A DNA stretch of 32,000 bases from Haloquadratum walsbyi C23. Its GTDB lineage: Archaea; Halobacteriota; Halobacteria; Halobacteriales; Haloferacaceae. The notes below the pieces were generated by a model. The model saw nothing but the letters and a program-made list of their open reading frames with translations, did no database searches and had not been told where the DNA came from. Location: NCBI RefSeq assembly GCF_000237865.1, contig NC_017459.1:2160001-2192000 (forward strand). The letters run 5' to 3'. The translations under genes were made by a program, and so were the position numbers. This document shows, piece after piece, positions 18,921 through 25,796 of this stretch; positions within the stretch are counted from its first letter, which is position 1, and the number at the start of each line of letters is the position of its first letter.

Positions 18921-19361
18921 GTGTCTGGGAATGATGATGGTGATAAACACAATACACGCTCAAGCACTGGTGAAGACGTTGATACATCAGCAACAACCAA
19001 TCGCGCAACGCGTGTTGAACTCGGTGTCAACTTACTCGCATGTATTGAGGATGAGGAACTCTCATTATCAGATGCAGTGGATCGGATTGAAACAGTGACC
19101 ACAGACCCGTCATTGACCCGTGAGATCCTTGACACAGCAGTAATGCACGATGTAATTGACCGTGAGGACGGTCGGTTACGAACTCAAGATGGCGCAACAG
19201 CAATTCGATTCGATAAACAAATAATCAAGCGTGATGGTGATTATAAATGTCGTCGCTGTGGTTCAGACCTGTCAACAGGACATTTTCTACAGGTGCCAGC
19301 AGGTGAACTTGGACCGTTCGGACCCTCATGTGTCCGGATCGTGCTGGGTCGAGAGTCATGA
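18921..19361 (+). CDS. Conserved-looking acidic protein with a C-terminal Cys cluster
   Basis: GTG start with no in-frame ATG near the 5' end. The acidic helical core is LSLSDAVDRIETVTTDPSLTREILDTAVMHDVIDRED. The C-terminus is YKCRRCGSDLSTGHF...GPFGPSCVRI. Confidence 0.7.
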   Translation: MSGNDDGDKHNTRSSTGEDVDTSATTNRATRVELGVNLLACIEDEELSLSDAVDRIETVTTDPSLTREILDTAVMHDVIDREDGRLRTQDGATAIRFDKQIIKRDGDYKCRRCGSDLSTGHFLQVPAGELGPFGPSCVRIVLGRES

Positions 19362-19376
19362 ATCCTCATCGGTATA

Positions 19377-19703
19377 TCAACGAAGGTCCTCGACAAGCTG
19401 ATTGAGTATCTCACTATGCACCTCAAGTGTTTGTTGCTGCGCTTCGATCAATTGATTGAGTTGTGTTATCTCTGCGTGAATGTCAGATATTTTGCTAATG
19501 TGCTCCGTTTGAAGCTGACTCGCTTGGCTGTCCTGTTGAGACTGCGAAACTGCCTCATCCTCATCACGAATGGGGTGTGATTGTGATGATATCGTTATTG
19601 AATCTCGATCTGAATTTTCGTCTGGAGTCGAATCGGAATCCGAAATCATGCTAAAATCGTCAACAGTCGGTTCAGAATCAATTCCATCAACATCAGTACT
19701 CAT
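19377..19703 (-). CDS. Small acidic coiled-coil protein
   Basis: 108 aa. An Asp/Ser-rich N-terminal half is followed by a heptad-like C-terminal half (ISDIHAEITQLNQLIEAQQQTLEVHSEILNQLVEDL). Its ATG overlaps the stop of the upstream gene (ATGA). Confidence 0.6.
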   Translation of the reverse strand: MSTDVDGIDSEPTVDDFSMISDSDSTPDENSDRDSITISSQSHPIRDEDEAVSQSQQDSQASQLQTEHISKISDIHAEITQLNQLIEAQQQTLEVHSEILNQLVEDLR

Positions 19704-20491
19704 GACCGTCTCTGTGGTGATGTCACTGTTTGTAGTGGCGCCAAGTGGACCAATCCCGTCAACGGAGAGATCAATTTTGCTTTGTCATGAAGATGTCGTT
19801 GATTCAGTGTTATTTTTTCTTGAGTAGTCGCTATCATTTGATCATCTGTCCGATATTGTGTAATTGATTCAACACCCCAGTGTGCCGTGAGTGCTGACGA
19901 AAGTGTATCACGAACCGCATCAGCCTGCTGTTGTGGTGTTTTGAATCGTTCTGTCCTACTAGCAACAGCGAGGACAACGGTCATCGCATGCGATCCCTCT
20001 TCAAATGTGAGATCATCCACAGTATCGTAGTGATACGATTCAAACTCTGTGCTCCAAACGCCCTCACCGACATGTTTGAGTAATCTTGTCTCGGTAATCA
20101 CAACAGTCAGTTCGCTGAATCGGAAGACACGGTGAACTGTCTCATTAGATTCAATTGCGTGCATCGCGTGGAGCACGCCAGTGAGTATCGATGAGAGCAC
20201 CTCCTCAGTCAGATCAATTGGAATGGAAAATCCGGCGGTCTCTGCGCCGCCATGTATTACAGTCACGTTTGCTTTATGTCTCTTTTTTGAGACAGCAATC
20301 CGCTCAACGTCATGTTGATATGTCTCTGTTAGCTCATCACTAAGCAATCTTTTCGATTAATACCGTATTGTCTGCGCTGGTGTCACAAATATTGCATCAC
20401 CACCACCAAGGTCAATATCTGCGATGACTTGCTCGCTATCGATTATCTTACCAACCGACTCTGGTACGCTGTCGGAGTTATCAGAGCTCAT
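19700..20491 (-). pseudogene. Tandem PH-like domain protein interrupted by one in-frame TAA
   Basis: ORFs 20635-20357 and 20347-19700 are in the same frame. They are separated only by TAA (20359-20357) plus three codons: ...VTPAQTIRY*SKRLLSDELTETYQHDVERIAV... The plausible start is the ATG at 20491 (MSSDNSDS...), with an AT-rich box about 27 nt upstream. Confidence 0.7.
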
Positions 20492-20544
20492 ATCACGACG
20501 CATCCTCTCTCTTAGAATAAATGTAGGGATTGACTTCGTGAACC

Positions 20545-20590
20545 ACCCCACCCCACTCAGCCACTGGCGTGGCTCCGGTGAGGGTGGGGT
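20545..20590. other. GC-rich nested hairpin (about 19 bp of pairing in total)
   Basis: ACCCCACCC (20545-53) pairs with GGGTGGGGT (20582-90). CAC(T) pairs with (G)GTG with one bulge. AGCCAC (20559-64) pairs with GTGGCT (20569-74) around a TGGC loop. TTTGCTGTTTT follows on the + strand. Confidence 0.5.
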
Positions 20591-20727
20591 TTGCTGTTTT
20601 GACGACGTGCTTTCTATCCACGATATCAGACGCACCCGATGAGCTAAAGACCAGTATACTCACCGGCTTTCTCGATGTGACATGAGTGGTCTCATTCTTT
20701 GCTGATACTATCTAAAACGTCTTGATG

Positions 20728-20748
20728 CATCCCTCATCCCTCATCTCT
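20728..20748. repeat. Tandem heptamer CATCCCT CATCCCT CATCTCT
   Basis: Read directly from the sequence. It is intergenic, about 190 nt upstream of the tRNA. Confidence 0.8.
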
Positions 20749-20903
20749 ATGTTCCCTTACTCTCAAAGGGTTGGCTTCTAGTAGTTTATTAGTTATCTGT
20801 TATTTACATTAATTATCCTATATATTGGATATTGGTCCATGATTACGACATATAATAAGTATCTGGAAAAATACCTCGTCGTCTGGCGACTCACTTGCGA
20901 AGG

Positions 20904-20910
20904 TTTAAGA
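20904..20910 (+). promoter_or_regulatory. Candidate TATA box (TTTAAGA) for the tRNA gene
   Basis: Centred about 29 nt upstream of the mature tRNA 5' end (20936) and preceded by a purine-rich, BRE-like GCGAAGG. Confidence 0.5.
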
Positions 20911-20935
20911 AGTCCATTAGACTAATTTTATTTGC

Positions 20936-21088
20936 GCCCGGGTGGCTTAGTTGGACATAGCGCCGCACTCATAGGGTTTCCTGAGATTCGGTGCGGATTG
21001 CCTTGGAAGCCTCCGTTGCCCTACGGGGCCCGCCGAGCCTCGGACCTGGGACATGCGGAGATCGTGGGTTCGGAGCCCACCCCGGGCA
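20936..21088 (+). tRNA. tRNA with anticodon CAU (elongator Met most likely, Ile2 not excluded), containing a 79-nt intron
   Basis: Acceptor stem GCCCGGG/CCCGGGC with discriminator A. D arm GCTTAGTTGGACATAGC. Anticodon stem CCGCA/TGCGG with spliced loop CUCAUAA. T arm GTGGG-TTCGGAG-CCCAC. No encoded CCA. G1-C72 and the anticodon stem rule out an initiator tRNA. Confidence 0.92.
20974..21052 (+). other. tRNA intron at the canonical 37/38 position with a bulge-helix-bulge splice motif
   Basis: The central 4-bp helix is CUCA (20968-71) paired with UGGG (21047-50). It is flanked by the 3-nt bulges UA|G and AC|A. The outer helix is GGUUU (20975-79) paired with GGACC (21042-46). The interior can form a long imperfect helix (GAGAUUCGGUGCGG with CCGCCGAGCCUC). 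Confidence 0.85.
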
Positions 21089-21173
21089 TGCATTCTTTTC
21101 AAAATAAACGTCGACTATTGTAATTATAGCTGAGATCCGACCGATAAATCAGTAAATTGTCTGTTGGTGACAC

Positions 21174-22196
21174 TCAGTTTTGAGCTGTCGATTCGTTCTG
21201 TGTTGATTGAGCTTCAGAGGCTGTTGGTCCACCAGTATTTCTCGGGTCCTCACTACCGAGGAGGAACTGCATTAGATTACTGACAAAGACTTCATTATCA
21301 GTGTCATATAGTTCAATTGGCTTAATAAATGTTGAATCTGCAACAAAGACAATATCATCATTACGCACGACGGTCGGATATGTATCTGCTCGGCGTGTGT
21401 CAAGTGTCTTCGTGTCTTCAGTTGCAGTGAAAACTGTCGTCGCACCGCTATCATCGCGCGTAATTACATATCCACCACGGTCAAAGCTAACCGTTTCAAC
21501 GCCTTCGGTTAGCTGATTTCCACGGACTGGTGATGTATATATACTTTTGAATCCGTTGTCATTTGATTCGTCTGCAGTGTTGTACAGTAACTCCGGTCCA
21601 ATACTGATTCCATATTCATCAAGTAACTTGTCAGCACCGAATGAGACAATTGCAGTTGACGTCCCAAAGAACCCGGATGAGGTAACACGGGGTTGCGTCG
21701 GCTCACCAAGAATAACGACGCGTCCTCCACTTGCGGTAAACTCATCAACTGCCTCACGTTCTGATTCAGAGAATCCTTCTGTTGGTTGAATAACAAGATA
21801 CCCGTCATGCTCATCAAGTGTCTCATTAAGTGGATCCTGACCGGTATCATACTCAAATGAGTGACCAGCAGAGAACATTGCAGTTTCAATTGGTTCAAGT
21901 TCAGCCTGTGTAACAGCATTGCTGTGGCGTAAGTCGACAAGCACAGATCCACCACTATTGCTACTATCGCCACCGGTGGTAGTCGCTCCGGATTCAAGCG
22001 TGAGAGACCCTGATTCTGGGTCGACACCTTGGTTAAGATTTGAAGGCTGGAACTGTGATGGCGACTGTCCATCAATTCGCTGTCCATCAGGCGTTCCGCT
22101 GGCACCTGAGAGGAGACCAATCACCGCTGTGCCAGCAAGGATGACAGCAATAACCAGAATGAATACCGCAAGTGGTTTGATTATTCGATCACTCAT
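21174..22196 (-). CDS. Membrane-anchored secreted protein, possibly DUF4350-like
   Basis: An N-terminal TM segment (IIKPLAVFILVIAVILAGTAVIGLL) is followed by a Ser/Gly/Thr linker. An alpha/beta-looking domain follows (VLVDLRHSNAV...DGYLVIQPTEGFSESEREAVDEFTASGGRVVILGEP). The family call comes from memory only. The start overlaps the sppA stop by 8 nt. Confidence 0.75.
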   Translation of the reverse strand: MSDRIIKPLAVFILVIAVILAGTAVIGLLSGASGTPDGQRIDGQSPSQFQPSNLNQGVDPESGSLTLESGATTTGGDSSNSGGSVLVDLRHSNAVTQAELEPIETAMFSAGHSFEYDTGQDPLNETLDEHDGYLVIQPTEGFSESEREAVDEFTASGGRVVILGEPTQPRVTSSGFFGTSTAIVSFGADKLLDEYGISIGPELLYNTADESNDNGFKSIYTSPVRGNQLTEGVETVSFDRGGYVITRDDSGATTVFTATEDTKTLDTRRADTYPTVVRNDDIVFVADSTFIKPIELYDTDNEVFVSNLMQFLLGSEDPRNTGGPTASEAQSTQNESTAQN

Positions 22197-23175
22197 TAGC
22201 GCTCACCTCCACGGTCTGATTTGTTGTTTGTGGAACGCCCCAAACAGCGTAGTATTTCACTGGTTGGACAAATTGATCATCGGTACTTGCATCTGCGTTT
22301 GGACGCGCATCAACATAGACAGTATCAGCGGTGTTCTCGCCAAGAGAAGTGGATTCATCCTCACCAAGAACAACGACATTCAGCTGTTGTGCACGTGACG
22401 ATTTATAATACACATTATATTCATCACCGGAGATTCCGTCAGCACGCCCAGCAGCCTCCTCAATAGCGACATTGAGATCGCCAATCTGGTCAGCAAACCC
22501 ATTGTCGACAGCTCGAGGACCTAAGAATGTCTGTCCAGTTGCAACCTCTGTTCGACTGAGTGAAAGCTCATCACCTCGATGTTTTATGATTGTATCAACG
22601 AACGCTTTTTGAAGTAACTCAAGGTTTTCTCGAAGTCCATCACGAGTGATCTGTGCTTTATCTGGACCCGACCGGATGAACACTTGTCGTTGATTTTCAA
22701 TATTTTCAACTGCACTCAATGGTGCTTGGACAATAACACCAATACTCCCGACAGTTGAGCTGGGTTTAACAACGATTTCATCCACAGGGGCAATTCCAAA
22801 GTACCCTCCTGAGGCAGCCGTTCCCTCAACATATGCGACAACGGGCATCTGACTTGCTGTGCGATTGACCGCAAGATAGAATTCCTCACTTGCATCGACG
22901 GGACCACCAGGGCTGTCAATACGAAGCACAATTGCATCGACAGATCCGTTTGTTCGTGCTTCACGAAGTGATTCTGTGACGGCGGCGACGTTCCCACTTG
23001 TTGTTCCACCACGGAATGTAATGACAGCGACGCTTGACTCACCGCCTTCATCAGATCCAGAGCCGGAGACAGTATCAAAAACGACCGGAGCAACAACTGA
23101 TGCGGTTACGACAGCAGCGGTAATAATGACGACATATGCTGCGACAGTTGTTGTTCGGTTACCATCAGCTGACAT
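22189..23175 (-). CDS. sppA: Signal peptide peptidase SppA (peptidase S49)
   Basis: An N-terminal TM segment, then IVLRIDSPGGPVDASEEF, GTAASGGYFGIAPVDEIVVKPSSTVGSIGV and GLRENLELLQKAFVDTI. These are typical of the S49 family. Confidence 0.92.
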   Translation of the reverse strand: MSADGNRTTTVAAYVVIITAAVVTASVVAPVVFDTVSGSGSDEGGESSVAVITFRGGTTSGNVAAVTESLREARTNGSVDAIVLRIDSPGGPVDASEEFYLAVNRTASQMPVVAYVEGTAASGGYFGIAPVDEIVVKPSSTVGSIGVIVQAPLSAVENIENQRQVFIRSGPDKAQITRDGLRENLELLQKAFVDTIIKHRGDELSLSRTEVATGQTFLGPRAVDNGFADQIGDLNVAIEEAAGRADGISGDEYNVYYKSSRAQQLNVVVLGEDESTSLGENTADTVYVDARPNADASTDDQFVQPVKYYAVWGVPQTTNQTVEVSANE

Positions 23176-23342
23176 ACAGACGTGAAGGAGGGCAGACGAA
23201 TAAATCTTGACAGTCAGGTCAATCGAGTTCGAATCATTTTCGAGTGGTTTGTATGGCTTCTGTTATTTGATTTTATTTGATCTCACACAGCATAGCCTCG
23301 ATATTCACAACTCTCTTTTTTACATATATGAGATATCTGGTG

Positions 23343-23891
23343 ATGGATTACGATTCACTATCAGAGTTTGAGGCTGTCGTATGGGATCTTGATGGGACTC
23401 TGGTTCGGCTATCTGTCAATTGGGACATTGTTGCTAGTGATGTCACAGAGGTTTTTCAGACAGCAGGCATCGATGTCAGCGACATTGACCTATGGGAAAT
23501 GCTTAATCTCGCGTCAAAACGAGGAATTCGCGATGAGGTTGAGACTGTTATTTCCGGACACGAGCGACGCGGAGCCCGAGCAGCTGACCGATTAATACAT
23601 GCAGATGATGTAGGAAATATTGCCCCTCAAGAGGGCGTTTGCTCACTCAACTGTGAGACTGCTTGTGAGATTGCGCTTCAAACGCAAGAAATTGATGGAC
23701 ATGTGACCGCGGTTACCGGTCGAGACACTGTTGAAACGCAAAAACCTGATCCGAGTCCACTACTACATACGCTTGATCAACTGTCTGTAGACCCAGACAC
23801 AGCAGTATTTATTGGTGACTCACCGCGGGATGAGACGACGGCAAGACGAGCTGATGTTGCTTTCCGATATGCAGAGACAGTCACACGGTGA
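23343..23891 (+). CDS. HAD-superfamily hydrolase (phosphatase-like, subfamily IA)
   Basis: Motif I VVWDLDGTLV and motif IV FIGDSPRDE. The ATG at 23343 (MDYDSLSEF...) is preferred, because the upstream 22 codons of the ORF are hydrophobic and non-acidic. Confidence 0.85.
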   Translation: MDYDSLSEFEAVVWDLDGTLVRLSVNWDIVASDVTEVFQTAGIDVSDIDLWEMLNLASKRGIRDEVETVISGHERRGARAADRLIHADDVGNIAPQEGVCSLNCETACEIALQTQEIDGHVTAVTGRDTVETQKPDPSPLLHTLDQLSVDPDTAVFIGDSPRDETTARRADVAFRYAETVTR

Positions 23892-23953
23892 CATACTGTC
23901 TTTCTCAAATCAAGCAAGGATGCGTATGAGCGCAGTCGGGGTTTCAGCTTGTG

Positions 23954-23961
23954 TTTTAAGA
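23954..23961 (+). promoter_or_regulatory. Candidate TATA box TTTTAAGA
   Basis: It resembles the tRNA promoter box. It lies about 150 nt upstream of the 24107 ATG and about 45 nt upstream of the 24004-24051 stem-loop. Confidence 0.3.
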
Positions 23962-24003
23962 GATGACAGCGGTATCAAAATAAGCACATACAGGCTTGAG
24001 TCT

Positions 24004-24051
24004 AGATGGACAGTGTAAATTGCCTGGGGACAAGCCCCATGGCATCCATCT
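24004..24051 (+). other. Extended intergenic stem-loop (about 16 bp)
   Basis: AGATGGA (24004-10) pairs with TCCATCT (24045-51). TGCC-T-GGGG (24021-29) pairs with CCCC-A-(T)-GGCA (24035-44), with a 5-nt loop and a 10-nt asymmetric internal loop. Confidence 0.5.
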
Positions 24052-24106
24052 TGTAACTCTGTGAAGACCGATATGGTCAATCGGGTCCAGAACGTACATT
24101 CACTCA

Positions 24107-24538
24107 ATGAGCTATCCTGTGACGTATTATTGCCCACACTGTGGAGCTGTCGTAGAAGTTGAGCGCGAGGGCTACCTCGCTGATAAGTCAGTTACACCAT
24201 ATCCGCTTGAGGGATGGATATACACCGACCCACATGACTCAACAAATGTATCGTATGAGTCTGCTGATGGGATTCGATTTGTTTGTGGGGAAATACCATC
24301 AGAATCGGATACAGATCAGGCGACATCCGGAATCCGATGGACAGGCGATCGAAGCCCTGCAGATGATGTAGAAAATCCAGATATAACTAGCCCTTGCGGT
24401 CGCCCATTTTATCTCTCATTTGTTCGATTTGAGGATGGTACTGAAATTGAACCCCGACCTGACACTGACCGGGTTCGGATCGCCTCTGATACAGCAGGAC
24501 CATCACAGCCAGACGGTCCGGGGGGATTCCGACGGTGA
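24107..24538 (+). CDS. Acidic zinc-ribbon-like protein
   Basis: The N-terminus is YYCPHCGAVVEVEREGY. Later Cys residues occur at FVCGE and SPCGRPFYLSFVRF. Composition is acidic. Confidence 0.75.
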   Translation: MSYPVTYYCPHCGAVVEVEREGYLADKSVTPYPLEGWIYTDPHDSTNVSYESADGIRFVCGEIPSESDTDQATSGIRWTGDRSPADDVENPDITSPCGRPFYLSFVRFEDGTEIEPRPDTDRVRIASDTAGPSQPDGPGGFRR

Positions 24539-24647
24539 CATCAAGACAGAATTACCAACGATTATTGACATTTTCCATGTTAGTGAATTACGGGGAGTGT
24601 ACGCGTGTATACGAGTATAAAAACTATGAGCGGACGTGATATCCTCG

Positions 24648-24665
24648 CCCGGCGTGAACGCCGGG
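24648..24665. other. Perfect 7-bp GC hairpin with a TGAA loop
   Basis: CCCGGCG-TGAA-CGCCGGG, located between the convergent genes ending at 24538 (+) and 24710 (-). Confidence 0.5.
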
Positions 24666-24709
24666 ATTCTCTCACTGATTAAGGATATATGTGTGTATAC
24701 TCTACTCGT

Positions 24710-25609
24710 CTAAGGAAGTTCAATCGACGTATCTGTGGCTATTGCGGTTGCCTTCACTGTATTCCAGAGTAACATTGCTCGCGTCATCGGTCCGACGCCT
24801 CCAGGGACAGGTGTGATTGCATCCGCTTTTTTCGCTGCAGACTCAAATTCAACGTCACCAACAAGTTCACTTCCATTCTCGGTCTCAACGCGATTAATTC
24901 CGACATCAATAACGACAGTTCCTGTTGAGATCATATCTCCATCAATCATCTCAGGAACACCAGCAGCGGCGATAATGATATCAGCGTCGCGAGTCTTCGA
25001 AGCGAGGTTATTAGTTCGGGAATGACATGTAGTTACCGTTGCATTCCCTGCGTCCGCTTTTTGAATGAGCAGGTTTGCCATTGGCTTGCCGACAATATTT
25101 GATCGACCGATGACGACTGCATCCGCTCCTTCTGTTTCAATGTCAGCCGCAATCAGTAGCTTTTGAATCCCATGCGGTGTACATGGTTTATATCGTGGCT
25201 GTCCAGCAACAAGCCGCCCAACATTTTCAGGGTGAAACCCATCGACATCTTTTTTCGGGTCGATTCGGCGAAGAACCTCACGCTCATCAACATGGTCAGG
25301 GAGAGGCATCTGTACAAGAATCCCATGTACTGATGAATCAGCGTTTAGTTCATCAACAGTATCAAACAGCTCGGCAGCCGGCGCCTCTGGATCGATCGTA
25401 ATATCTCGTGTTGCGATTCCAACCTCCTCACAATCATCATGTTTCATTGAAACATACGTCTGACTCGCTGGGTCATCGTTCATCAACACCGTCGCCAACT
25501 GTGGAGTCGTCCCGGTGTTCACAATACGAGTAACACTGCTAATAAGATCAGATCTGATTGATGCGGCAACCTCTGTGCCGTCAATTAGTTGTGTCTGTGT
25601 CTGTGTCAC
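24710..25609 (-). CDS. folD: Bifunctional methylenetetrahydrofolate dehydrogenase / methenyltetrahydrofolate cyclohydrolase
   Basis: LIDGTEVAASIR, ATVLMNDDPASQTYVSMK, GILVQMPLP, HPENVG, CTPHGI, VVIGRSNIVGKPMA and PVPGGVGPMT motifs. The GTG at 25609 (VTQTQTQLIDG) is preferred on typical FolD N-terminal length. ATG at 25645 and TTG at 25648 are alternatives. Confidence 0.93.
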   Translation of the reverse strand: MTQTQTQLIDGTEVAASIRSDLISSVTRIVNTGTTPQLATVLMNDDPASQTYVSMKHDDCEEVGIATRDITIDPEAPAAELFDTVDELNADSSVHGILVQMPLPDHVDEREVLRRIDPKKDVDGFHPENVGRLVAGQPRYKPCTPHGIQKLLIAADIETEGADAVVIGRSNIVGKPMANLLIQKADAGNATVTTCHSRTNNLASKTRDADIIIAAAGVPEMIDGDMISTGTVVIDVGINRVETENGSELVGDVEFESAAKKADAITPVPGGVGPMTRAMLLWNTVKATAIATDTSIELP

Positions 25610-25796
25610 ACAGGAATACTTGCTAGCAACATACTTGAAACGCATCAATTTCGTCGCTTACCGTTATGAAAAGTGTTCCATTTAGTTACTGAAAACTCAA
25701 TATGTAAGTAAACGACCACAAGTCAGGTGACCCGTAGAACTCTCGTTGTTCCGTTCATAAGGTACAGCAGCGCTCAAGTGACACGGAGCCGTTTGA

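Noticed and set aside
20932-21123. 63-aa plus-strand ORF.
   Set aside because: It is entirely explained by the intron-containing tRNA gene at 20936-21088.
24604-24698. The direct repeat GTGTATAC flanks the 24648 hairpin (24604-24611 and 24691-24698), suggesting a miniature mobile element.
   Set aside because: The enclosed 79 nt has no terminal inverted repeats. The 8-mer is itself partly palindromic and AT-rich, so this is likely coincidence.
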